Below, piece by piece: positions 51,362-59,572 of a stretch of DNA of 64,000 nt (its first letter is position 1; each line of letters opens with the position of its first letter). The DNA comes from an uncultured Eubacteriales bacterium. Its GTDB lineage: Bacteria > Bacillota > Clostridia > Oscillospirales > CAG-272. The stretch is from positions 13,459 to 77,458 of the forward strand of contig UQXK01000001.1 in NCBI GenBank assembly GCA_900544985.1, given 5' to 3'. The notes beneath the pieces were generated by a model, which was given only the letters and a program-made list of their open reading frames with translations, searched no databases and was not told where the DNA came from. The translations under genes and the position numbers were made by a program.

Positions 51362-51826
51362 TTATCTGTAATATACGTAGTATGCTATGATTGTCCTGAT
51401 TTTTCCGTCGTGCATAAGGTCGGGTGCGGTCAGTATCGCCCCTTCCAGACTCATAAGCTCGGACGCTTGAAGTTCGGATATTTTCGCTTTGAATATGTGC
51501 TCTCCGCCGGCGCTTACCGTCATTATGCCGTCGCGGATTATAAAATCGCCGTCGCGCCCGATTATTATATCGGTGTCTCCTATCCTTTCGCTTACATATC
51601 TTATTCTGTGTTTCGATATTTTTTCCGCCATTTTTATGCGGAAGGAAACTTTGTCTTCCAATTTTTTCTTTTTAAAAAGTCCCAAATCAAAGCTCCTTTT
51701 TGCGGTATTTTTTTTGGCGCGGATATTTTTTATCGCGCCTTTATGTATATAATATAACAGATTTAAAAGTGAAAATCTATATATTCCGGTAAATATGTGT
51801 GCTTTTTTGAGCGTTTGCTCTTCCAA
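51362..51826 (-). CDS. Hypothetical protein (start uncertain; possibly 51631)
   Basis: 154-aa ORF. The C-terminal ~90 aa (MAEKISKHRIRYVSERIGDTDIIIGRDGDFIIRDGIMTVSAGGEHIFKAKISELQ..) look like a small beta-rich domain. No family recognised. Confidence 0.35.
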   Translation of the reverse strand: MEEQTLKKAHIFTGIYRFSLLNLLYYIHKGAIKNIRAKKNTAKRSFDLGLFKKKKLEDKVSFRIKMAEKISKHRIRYVSERIGDTDIIIGRDGDFIIRDGIMTVSAGGEHIFKAKISELQASELMSLEGAILTAPDLMHDGKIRTIIAYYVYYR

Positions 51827-51843
51827 TTATTATGTTAGTATGG

Positions 51844-51937
51844 TATAATAATCCCACAAATGCGAAGCGTTTGTGTTTTGCCATACAAAAAACAAGTACA
51901 AGCTTCAAAGGGATATAGCCTATCTGAAAATTTATGA
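51844..51937 (+). repeat. Tandem ~94-bp unit 1: extended -10 promoter plus hairpin/U-tract mini-module
   Basis: TGgTATAAT (51841-51849), then AATCCCACAAATGCGAAGCGTTTGTGTTTTGC. The 38-nt segment 51844-51881 is identical to 51938-51975. Confidence 0.85.
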
Positions 51938-52032
51938 TATAATAATCCCACAAATGCGAAGCGTTTGTGTTTTGCTTTATGAAAACCTGACGCAAAACCG
52001 AAAATGGATATAGATTTTATCAAGTTTTATGA
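51938..52032 (+). repeat. Tandem ~94-bp unit 2: extended -10 promoter plus hairpin/U-tract mini-module
   Basis: TGaTATAAT (51935-51943) followed by the identical CACAAA-tgcgaagcg-TTTGTG hairpin and TTTT. A third TGaTATAAT at 52030-52038 lacks the hairpin and leads into yfhO. Confidence 0.85.
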
Positions 52033-52111
52033 TATAATAAAAAAGTCTTAACGCACTTTTATAGTGCAGTATAAAAACAACGAAGTTAAATTTTTAATTT
52101 GGAGGAAACCG

Positions 52112-55100
52112 ATGAACAAGGATAGTATTATTCTTTCTCCTCTCGAAAAGGAAGAGAATACCGTTTTAAAACGCATAAAGCGCTTTTTCGGAAGAATAAA
52201 AACGAGCGAATATCTCTACCTTATCGCGGCATTTTTGCTGCCGTTTACGATAATGCTCGGAATATATGCGTGCATGGGCGTACACCCGTTCGGAAACAAT
52301 ACCGTGCTGATGCTCGATTTGCAGGCGCAGTACATCTATTATTATGAAGAAATACGCTCGCTTTTGACAGAGGGCGGCAGCTTCCTTTATTCATGGAAAC
52401 GCACGCTGGGCGGCGAGTTTATGGGTATTATTGCATATTACGGCGCAAGCCTCTTTAATCTTCTTTTCGTTGTTTTTCCGAAGAGCATGATAGCCGACGC
52501 GATGATGTTCATAAACCTTATGAAGATAGGTTCTATGGGACTTACTTTCGGTATTTATATCCATAAAACGCGTCATCCGGGAGAGATGAAAACGCTTGCC
52601 GTATCGGTAATGTATGCGCTTTGTGCGTATTCGGTCGTTCAGTCGATGAACCCGATGTGGCTGGATGCGCTCGTGTTCCTGCCGCTTCTTATGCTCGGTC
52701 TGGAACGTCTTATAAAAGAGAAAAAGATGATTCTTTACACGGTCATGCTTACTCTTATATTTATAGCAAACTACTATATCGGATATATGACGGGAATCTT
52801 CACGTTTATATATTTCCTCTATTACTATTTTTCAAACCGTTCCGAACTTATAGAGATGTATCCTCCAAAGGCAAAAGGGAATATATTCTCCCGTTTCTTC
52901 TCGATGCACGGCACGAGAACGTTTGCAAGATTTGCATTCGGAACGCTCGTAGCGCTTATGATAGCGTCGTTTATGCTTATTGCGGCGCTTTATTCGCTCT
53001 CATTCGGAAAGAATAATTTCCAACAGACAAACTGGACTTTTGCACTCCGTTTTGACTTTTTGGAGATAATATATAAGATGTTCATCGGCTCGTACGACAC
53101 GGTAAAACCGAACGGACTGCCTATGATTTACAGCGGAATGCTGGCGCTTATATGTCTTCCCGTATTCTACATGGCGCCGGGCGTAAAGCCTGCCAAAAAG
53201 ATCGGAGCGACTCTCGTTCTTCTCGCGCTCGTACTCAGCTTTATGATAAATCCCGTCGACCTTGTATGGCACGGTTTCAATCTTCCCAACTGGCTTAATT
53301 ACAGATATTCTTTCTTCTTCTCGTTTATGGCGGTGTCTATGACCGCGGACGCGCTCTGCGACATAAAAAAGATAAAGACGACGAGTATTCTCGGCGTGGG
53401 CGGAGTCCTTCTTGTTATCACCGCGATAATACAGAGAATGAAATTCCCGATAAACCCCGAAACGACGGGAGCGGAATATGCGAAGGCGAGCACAAAGACG
53501 CTCACTTTTGCGCTTGTAGCCGTACTTCTCATAGTTGCGTATATGATAATAATCTATCTTGTCTCTCATGAGAAAACGGAGAATGTCGGAGCTTTCGTGC
53601 TTGCCGCCGTCGTCTGCGTGGAGATGTTCGCCGGAGGGCTTATGAATCTGAGCGACGCGACGATGACAGACTCCGGTTCGGTACAATACGGCAGTTTTGT
53701 AGACAGCAAAGGACGTGAGGATTATACGGGATATAATTCCTCTATAAACAGAATAAAAGATGTTGTAAACGAAGTCCTTGAAAACGATAAATCATTTTAT
53801 CGCATGGAGAGCAAGGTATACCGCCGTGCGGGAGGCGAAAACGAGTGCATGGCTTTCGGTTTTAACGGAATATCCCATTCCACATCGACGCTCAATGCTT
53901 CGGTAATAAAACTGATGAACAATCTCGGATATACTTCGATATCGCATTATACTCAATACCGCGGAGGCACACCCGTTTCCGATGCCCTCCTCGGAATAAA
54001 GTATGTGATAACAAAAGACGAGCTTCTCGATCCCAATTTCTATACGTTGTATGCAAAACAGCAGGAGCATTACGATTTTGTGGCATCTTCGAGTACGATA
54101 TATGCCATGCAGAATATGAAAGCGCTCCCGATCGCTTACGGCGTAAGCAAAAATGCGATAACGCTTTTGGAAGATAAAGCACAGCCGCTTTTCCCGACGG
54201 GACTTGATACGCAGAACGAAATGATAGAGGCTTTCCTCTCCGAGACAGCTTACAACGGAACTATATTTAAGAAGATAGCCTGCTATCCTCATGCGACGGA
54301 TGTTACGACAGGCGCGTTCAGCCAGCCCTGCTACTATTTTGACGAGAACGGAGAACGTCAGACGCACTATGTTCCTTATACGAGCTATGTTGCAAAAGGC
54401 GATGATCCCAAGATAACATTCTCTTTCCACGCAAAGTCTGATTCTGCAATATATGCGCGTTTTGCGACGGACAACTTCGGCAAGGGCTGCGACGTATTCG
54501 TAAACGGCGTTCTCCTTTGCGAGAACTACGGAACGGGCGGCGGCAACGGCATACTTAATATAGGAACTTTCCATACGGGAGATTCCGTAGAGGTCGTTCT
54601 CGAACTTAACGACGCGTTCTATATTTCCCAGGAATCGGGTTCCAACGTTCATTTCTACTATATAGATTATGAAGCTGCAAACGAGGCTTTCTCATATCTT
54701 TCAAATGCCGCAATGAATGTTGAAGAGCATACGAATACAAAGATAAAAGGCAATATAACTCTCCCGAAAGGACAGGAGCTTATATTTACGACGATACCGT
54801 ACGACGAAGGCTGGAAGTGCTATATCGACGGAAAGAAAGTCGACGCTGTTAAAGTCATGGGCTCTCTTGTCGGCGTTCCCGCAACGGAAGGGTATCATGA
54901 AGTGGAATTCAGATATATGCCCACATGTTACGTTGTAGGATTTATAGTTTCCGCTCTCGGTGCTCTTATCCTCATTGCCATGATAGTAATACCGATAGTA
55001 AAGAAAAAACGCGCGCCGAAGCTCGCTACGGCAAATCCGTCGGATTCTGATGATGTTGCAAATAACGCTTCGGGCGATGAAATTGTTGATACCGAGATGT

Positions 55101-55315
55101 TCAGGGCATTTGGAATAGGCTATGGAAATAACAGCGCGGAAAATACCGCAAGCACCGAAAATATGGAAGATCTTATTCCGCCCGACGGAGGGGACATAAA
55201 CCAAGGCTCAAAGGGAGATATAGCCGAGGCTTTCAAAGAATCGGCGGTTGATGAAAACGGTGTCTCCAACACGGGAGATTCCGAAAACGGAAAAGATGGC
55301 GCTTCGGAAAAATAA
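52112..55315 (+). CDS. yfhO: YfhO-family polytopic membrane glycosyltransferase-like protein
   Basis: The ATG at 52112 follows GGAGGAAACC. It has many TM helices, the N-terminus YLYLIAAFLLPFTIMLGIYACMGVHPFGNNTVLMLDLQAQYIYYY typical of YfhO, and an acidic low-complexity C-terminal tail. Confidence 0.85.
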   Translation: MNKDSIILSPLEKEENTVLKRIKRFFGRIKTSEYLYLIAAFLLPFTIMLGIYACMGVHPFGNNTVLMLDLQAQYIYYYEEIRSLLTEGGSFLYSWKRTLGGEFMGIIAYYGASLFNLLFVVFPKSMIADAMMFINLMKIGSMGLTFGIYIHKTRHPGEMKTLAVSVMYALCAYSVVQSMNPMWLDALVFLPLLMLGLERLIKEKKMILYTVMLTLIFIANYYIGYMTGIFTFIYFLYYYFSNRSELIEMYPPKAKGNIFSRFFSMHGTRTFARFAFGTLVALMIASFMLIAALYSLSFGKNNFQQTNWTFALRFDFLEIIYKMFIGSYDTVKPNGLPMIYSGMLALICLPVFYMAPGVKPAKKIGATLVLLALVLSFMINPVDLVWHGFNLPNWLNYRYSFFFSFMAVSMTADALCDIKKIKTTSILGVGGVLLVITAIIQRMKFPINPETTGAEYAKASTKTLTFALVAVLLIVAYMIIIYLVSHEKTENVGAFVLAAVVCVEMFAGGLMNLSDATMTDSGSVQYGSFVDSKGREDYTGYNSSINRIKDVVNEVLENDKSFYRMESKVYRRAGGENECMAFGFNGISHSTSTLNASVIKLMNNLGYTSISHYTQYRGGTPVSDALLGIKYVITKDELLDPNFYTLYAKQQEHYDFVASSSTIYAMQNMKALPIAYGVSKNAITLLEDKAQPLFPTGLDTQNEMIEAFLSETAYNGTIFKKIACYPHATDVTTGAFSQPCYYFDENGERQTHYVPYTSYVAKGDDPKITFSFHAKSDSAIYARFATDNFGKGCDVFVNGVLLCENYGTGGGNGILNIGTFHTGDSVEVVLELNDAFYISQESGSNVHFYYIDYEAANEAFSYLSNAAMNVEEHTNTKIKGNITLPKGQELIFTTIPYDEGWKCYIDGKKVDAVKVMGSLVGVPATEGYHEVEFRYMPTCYVVGFIVSALGALILIAMIVIPIVKKKRAPKLATANPSDSDDVANNASGDEIVDTEMFRAFGIGYGNNSAENTASTENMEDLIPPDGGDINQGSKGDIAEAFKESAVDENGVSNTGDSENGKDGASEK

Positions 55316-55326
55316 TAAATACAAAA

Positions 55327-55351
55327 ATGCTGTGCATTGCACGGCATTTTT
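55327..55351 (+). terminator. Intrinsic terminator after yfhO
   Basis: ATGCTGTGC-att-GCACGGCAT followed by a T-run. Confidence 0.7.
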
Positions 55352-55625
55352 GACTTATACACGGCGGCGGGAAAATAAAAGACTTCCGGTGCCGGTTGTA
55401 AAATGCCGAAAGCTTTCCCGAGAAAATCCGCCTGCGCTTTAAAACGTCGGAATATGATAAAGCGCGTAGATTTGATTTTATGGCAACTTTATTTTTGTGA
55501 TTAAAAGCTTGCGGTATCAACAGAAAAAATCTGTTTTGATATCACGATAAACTTTGTTTGTCTTAAACACAATATATTGCGGTTTTAGACGATTTGATTT
55601 TTGATTTGCGGAGGATATATAAAAT

Positions 55626-57359
55626 ATGGCGTTTGACGCGGGATTTACGCGCGCTATGTGCGCTGAGCTCGAAGCGGAGCTTTCGGGCGCAAAGGTAGAA
55701 AGGGTTACCGAGCCGTCGCGCGACGAGATAGTTATACAATTTTACAAGGCGGGGAAAACAAAAAGGCTGTTTTTTTCCGCAAACCCGTCAAGGGCAAGAG
55801 TCTGCATAACGGAGCTGACATTTGAAAATCCCAAAGTTTCCCCCATGTTTTGTATGCTCTTGCGCAAACATCTTGCGGGGGCTTCTGTCAGTTCCGTGCG
55901 CCAAAACGGATTTGAACGCGCGATAGAGATAGACTTTGCCGCCTTTGACGATATGGGATTTTCAGTTACTCGAACGCTCGTTGCGGAGATAATGGGGAAG
56001 TGCAGTAACATCATGTTGCTCGACGATAAGAGGCGCATTATGGGCGTTTTGCGCTCTGTGGACTTCACTACAAGCGCCAAAAGGCAGGTCTTGCCCGGAA
56101 TGACGTATGAAGCGCCACCCGCGCAGGACAAAATATTGCCCGAAAATGAAAATTTCGAAGATTTTTCATCGCGTGCGAAAGCTTTTGATGAAAGCAAGAG
56201 CGCGGAGAGCTTTTTGCTTTCGACATATATAGGCTTGTCTCCGCTCGTTTCAAGGGAGATCGCGTTTCGCGCAGGCGCTCTCGGAGTCGAAATGAGAAAT
56301 GCCTATATCGGAAAATTATACGATTCGTTCGCGGTATATATATCTTCTTTGAAGCCGCCGTATGTTCCCACGCTTATTTCGGACGGAAAAAATCCCGTCG
56401 AATATTGCTTTTCCGATATTTTTCAGTACGGGGAATCATTAAACAAAACGCATTTCCCGTCGCTGTCCTCTTTGCTAGACGCTTTCTACGGAGAGCGGGA
56501 TAAGATAGCCATAATAAAGGCGAAAACGCACGATGTTTCCCAAATAGTGCAGAATGCAAAATCAAGATTATCCAAAAAGATAGTTTATATAAAACGCGAT
56601 CTTGCCGAATGCGAGGAGGCGGAAAAATATAAATTATGGGGCGATCTTATAACGTCGTCTCTGTATATGCTGTCGGGAAAAAGCTCTTATTGCGAGGTCA
56701 CGAATTTTTACAGCGACGACATGGAAAAGGTGAAAATACCGCTCGATGTAAAGCTTACGGCGTCCCAGAACGCGGCGAAATATTTTAAAAAGTATACAAA
56801 GTTAAAAAAGGCGAAGGAAATTCTTTCGGGACAGCTTTTATCCGCTTCTTCCGAGATAATGTATCTTGAAACGGTAGAGACGGCGATATCCCTTTCGGAA
56901 AACGAAAACGATATTACGCAGATAAAATCGGAGCTTCAAACGGCGGGATATATTTCGCACACAGTTCAGCAGAATACGAAAAAGCCGCAGAAAAAGCAGG
57001 ATATAGTGCCTCTTAAATTTACAAGTCCGGGAGGGCATACTGTTTTTTGCGGAAAAAACAATATCCAAAACGATTTTATTACGACAAAGCTCGGAAAAAA
57101 ATCCGATTGGTGGTTCCATGTGAAAAACAAGCCGGGTTCTCACGTTTTGCTCGTTTGCGATGACGGAGAAGACCCCAACGCCGGGGAATTTACATTTGCG
57201 GCAAGCACCGCGGCGTACTATTCGAGTCTTCGCGACGGAGAAAACGTGGCGGTTGATTACACGCTTTTGAAAAATGTGAAAAAACCGTCGGGTTCCTCTC
57301 CCGGTCACGTTGTATATTACACAAATTATACGGCTTTTGTAGATCCCAAAAAGCCCTAA
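55626..57359 (+). CDS. rqcH: NFACT-family ribosome quality-control protein (RqcH / FbpA)
   Basis: 577 aa. The N-terminus MAFDAGFTRAMCAELEAELSGAKVERVTEPSRDEIVIQF, a coiled-coil middle region and the C-terminal WWFHVKNKPGSHVLL match the NFACT-N, coiled-coil and NFACT-R architecture. Confidence 0.9.
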   Translation: MAFDAGFTRAMCAELEAELSGAKVERVTEPSRDEIVIQFYKAGKTKRLFFSANPSRARVCITELTFENPKVSPMFCMLLRKHLAGASVSSVRQNGFERAIEIDFAAFDDMGFSVTRTLVAEIMGKCSNIMLLDDKRRIMGVLRSVDFTTSAKRQVLPGMTYEAPPAQDKILPENENFEDFSSRAKAFDESKSAESFLLSTYIGLSPLVSREIAFRAGALGVEMRNAYIGKLYDSFAVYISSLKPPYVPTLISDGKNPVEYCFSDIFQYGESLNKTHFPSLSSLLDAFYGERDKIAIIKAKTHDVSQIVQNAKSRLSKKIVYIKRDLAECEEAEKYKLWGDLITSSLYMLSGKSSYCEVTNFYSDDMEKVKIPLDVKLTASQNAAKYFKKYTKLKKAKEILSGQLLSASSEIMYLETVETAISLSENENDITQIKSELQTAGYISHTVQQNTKKPQKKQDIVPLKFTSPGGHTVFCGKNNIQNDFITTKLGKKSDWWFHVKNKPGSHVLLVCDDGEDPNAGEFTFAASTAAYYSSLRDGENVAVDYTLLKNVKKPSGSSPGHVVYYTNYTAFVDPKKP

Positions 57360-57366
57360 TAAATGA

Positions 57367-57399
57367 AAACCTCCGATGTGATATCACATCGGAGGTTTT
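57367..57399. terminator. Bidirectional terminator between convergent genes
   Basis: Perfect palindrome AAAACCTCCGATGTGAT-ATCACATCGGAGGTTTT. Confidence 0.8.
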
Positions 57400-57408
57400 A
57401 TAATTTTG

Positions 57409-58176
57409 TTATTTGTTTTCGTCGTCGCTTTCTTTTTCTTTCTTTGTCTTTTTTCTGCGCGCCTCGAACGCGAGGGTCATTTCATGAAGATATTCGGAAA
57501 GCGGGCGCTCCGAACGGAACGAAAAGAAGAAATGATGTTTTTGTTTTCTTGCGTCCTGTCTTTGACGTATATTTGCTTTGAGCGTTTCGTATTTTACTAT
57601 GATATCGTTTTCGTCTGCGTATTTTTTGAGCCTTGAAATGATTTGCGCGGAATGGGCGATATCTATTATAAATACGCCGAAGAACATTCCCACAACGAAA
57701 GAGAAGGCGAGATTTCTCGACAGCCATTCGAGCGCATTCAATATGTAGGGATGTATGAGAAAATAATAGAGTGCGCCGAGTAATGCCCAGGCAAGAGAAA
57801 ATTTAGGGCAGATTATTCCCTGGATATTTCCCCATGCGCCGCTGTAATCCCAGAGCCTGACTTTGAATATTTTCAGAGAGATTATACCCGCGATATATTC
57901 TATTGCCGTCATGGATATCGCCATTATGACGAACAGCACAGCCTTGCGGAGCACATCGTTTTCTATTGTCAGGTTTCTTTCTATCGACGCTATGAGGTAT
58001 AGCGCGCAAAGCCCCAGACCGTAAAGCGGTATATACGGTCCTGTGCAGAATCCGGGATTTATCCATTTTCGCTCCGGATTCGCCGATGAAAAGAATCTTC
58101 GGAATATCACTTCGATTATCCAGCCGAGCATAGAGCCTATAAAAAATAAAAAAGCGAGAATCAAAAATAAATTCAT
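57409..58176 (-). CDS. Membrane protein, DUF1113 / putative ABC-transporter type IV (CmpB-like) family
   Basis: MNLFLILAFLFFIGSMLGWIIEVIFRRFF..WINPGFCTGPYIPLYGLG is the signature of this family. It has a basic C-terminal tail. Confidence 0.75.
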   Translation of the reverse strand: MNLFLILAFLFFIGSMLGWIIEVIFRRFFSSANPERKWINPGFCTGPYIPLYGLGLCALYLIASIERNLTIENDVLRKAVLFVIMAISMTAIEYIAGIISLKIFKVRLWDYSGAWGNIQGIICPKFSLAWALLGALYYFLIHPYILNALEWLSRNLAFSFVVGMFFGVFIIDIAHSAQIISRLKKYADENDIIVKYETLKANIRQRQDARKQKHHFFFSFRSERPLSEYLHEMTLAFEARRKKTKKEKESDDENK

Positions 58177-58434
58177 AAAAAATCACCCGTAAATATATTT
58201 TTTATAATTGTTTTTTGTATTTTACCGAAAAATCAGATATGAGAACAAAAACGGGAAACACTGTCGCGTTACAATTATACTGTGAAAAGAAAGCACGTGA
58301 TTGTTATTTGCAAGATGTTTCTTATTAAAATTCTGTTTTTCTATATAATACCACAAGAAAAGGCAAAAATAAAGTCTTTTTCTTTAAAATGCGCACGATA
58401 AAACAGTAAAATAGAACAAATGTTCGAAAAATAG

Positions 58435-58463
58435 TTGACAAAAGAACAATGCTGTGGTATAAT
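58435..58463 (+). promoter_or_regulatory. Consensus sigma-A-type promoter
   Basis: TTGACA (58435-58440), a 17-nt spacer, then TGgTATAAT (58455-58463). Every consensus position is matched. Confidence 0.75.
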
Positions 58464-58469
58464 ATGCTC

Positions 58470-58576
58470 AGGCAAGCGGGGAGGATATGATTATCCCACC
58501 GCTTGTCGTGGTATACTGTTAAACCGCATCGGAATCTGAAACGGGTGCTTCGACGTATAAAAAGCGAAGCTTTTTT
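58470..58576 (+). ncRNA. Candidate ~105-nt terminated leader/small RNA
   Basis: The predicted TSS is about 58470. Hairpin 58473-58505 is CAAGCGG..GGATA-tgat-TATCC..CCGCTTG. The terminator is GCTTCG-N12-CGAAGC followed by TTTTTT (58547-58576). No credible ORF is present. Confidence 0.35.
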
Positions 58577-58667
58577 CTGCGGTATCTGCGGAAAAGTTGC
58601 AATATTGAGCGGCTGTATTTTCCCGTTTGTATTATGAATGTTTCGGATGATAAAGAGAAATCTATAT

Positions 58668-58692
58668 ACCGGCTGTGCCGGTGCGATTTTTT
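58668..58692 (+). terminator. Second intrinsic terminator upstream of cluster 2
   Basis: ACCGGC-tgt-GCCGGT, then gcga, then TTTTTT. Confidence 0.5.
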
Positions 58693-58868
58693 CGGGAGCT
58701 TATATGTTTTTACTTTTTGCAAAGCGGCGGGGCTTTTTCGATAAGACGGTGAAAATCCGCTGTATAACTTGATTTTCAGACAATTTTACGGTAAAAAACG
58801 CTTATTTGATGCGGTATGAATTTGTTATCAAAAATAAAATATAAATTACAAAAAATTTTAAAGGAGGG

Positions 58869-59111
58869 ATTTATACGAATATATATATTTCGGCGACGGA
58901 GGACGATTTTTCCTCCGACGATGTTTGTTATGAAAGGAATGCTCGACGCATATTCTGCCATTGTGAGCACTGCGGCTCTGCAATATATTCTCCGAAGGAC
59001 GCGCTTATAGTCGATGGAAGCGGAGATGTGATACATTTGGAATGTTGGCGCGAATACGCGGAAGAACATATGTTTGATTTTGCACAAAAGGCAACGGAAG
59101 CCGTCGGTTGA
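58869..59111 (+). CDS. Small zinc-ribbon protein ORF lacking a canonical start codon
   Basis: The open frame reads ..NIYISATEDDFSSDDVCYERNARRIFCHCEHCGSAIYSPKDALIVDGSGDVIHLECWREYAEEHMFDFAQKATEAVG. AAAGGAGGG lies at 58861-58868, but only ATT/ATA codons are in frame before the first Cys. Confidence 0.3.
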   Translation: MYTNIYISATEDDFSSDDVCYERNARRIFCHCEHCGSAIYSPKDALIVDGSGDVIHLECWREYAEEHMFDFAQKATEAVG

Positions 59112-59137
59112 AATTTATTGCTTCGTATTTTTGAAAT

Positions 59138-59572
59138 TTGAGAAAAGACAAAAAAATATTTCCGGATGCCGAAGATTTTGCAGAGCGTGCAAAGCGTTAT
59201 TTTAAAGATTGCGACAGCTCGGTAATGTTCTCTCCCTCCTGCGAAAAATGCGCGGAGAAAGAGCGCGGCGCGTGCCTTGACTGCCGAAAAAAGAAAACAA
59301 GACCGTATACGCTTTCGGGTCTTTGCCTTTATCTGGGAATAAGCAAAAGAAAATTCAATCTGCTTAAAAACGACAAAACTTTTTGCGACGCGGTGGAGAT
59401 GGCGATGCTGAAAATAGAAACATATATAGAGGAAAACTGTATGTGCGGAAATTTCAACGGCACGTTCGCTCTTGCGATGCTTAAAGAATATTTCGGATTC
59501 GGAAAGGACAGCGACGAAGAGCATGATATAAATATCACGCTTTTGGGTGAAGTGAAGAAGCTTTCAAAATGA
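59138..59572 (+). CDS. Terminase small subunit
   Basis: 144 aa. PDAEDFAERAKRYFKDCD...RPYTLSGLCLYLGISKRKFNLL...AMLKIETYIEE is a typical TerS (Terminase_4-like) pattern. TTG start; 4-nt overlap with terL. Confidence 0.7.
   Translation: MRKDKKIFPDAEDFAERAKRYFKDCDSSVMFSPSCEKCAEKERGACLDCRKKKTRPYTLSGLCLYLGISKRKFNLLKNDKTFCDAVEMAMLKIETYIEENCMCGNFNGTFALAMLKEYFGFGKDSDEEHDINITLLGEVKKLSK

Noticed and set aside
51836-52040. CRISPR-like appearance of the repeated 38-nt block
   Set aside because: Only two copies are present. The units include promoter -10 boxes and a terminator hairpin, the spacing region is itself partly repeated, and no cas genes are present.
53000-55204. Minus-strand ORFs (228, 286 and 167 aa and others) inside yfhO
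   Set aside because: They are antisense shadows of a long, biased membrane-protein gene. Their sequences are Arg/Tyr/Ile-rich nonsense and have no RBS.
58519-59087. Minus-strand ORFs 58519..58722 and 58776..59087, and plus-strand ORF 58816..59010, as genes
   Set aside because: They have no RBS and implausible basic, low-complexity products. They overlap the promoter and terminator elements and the better Zn-ribbon frame.
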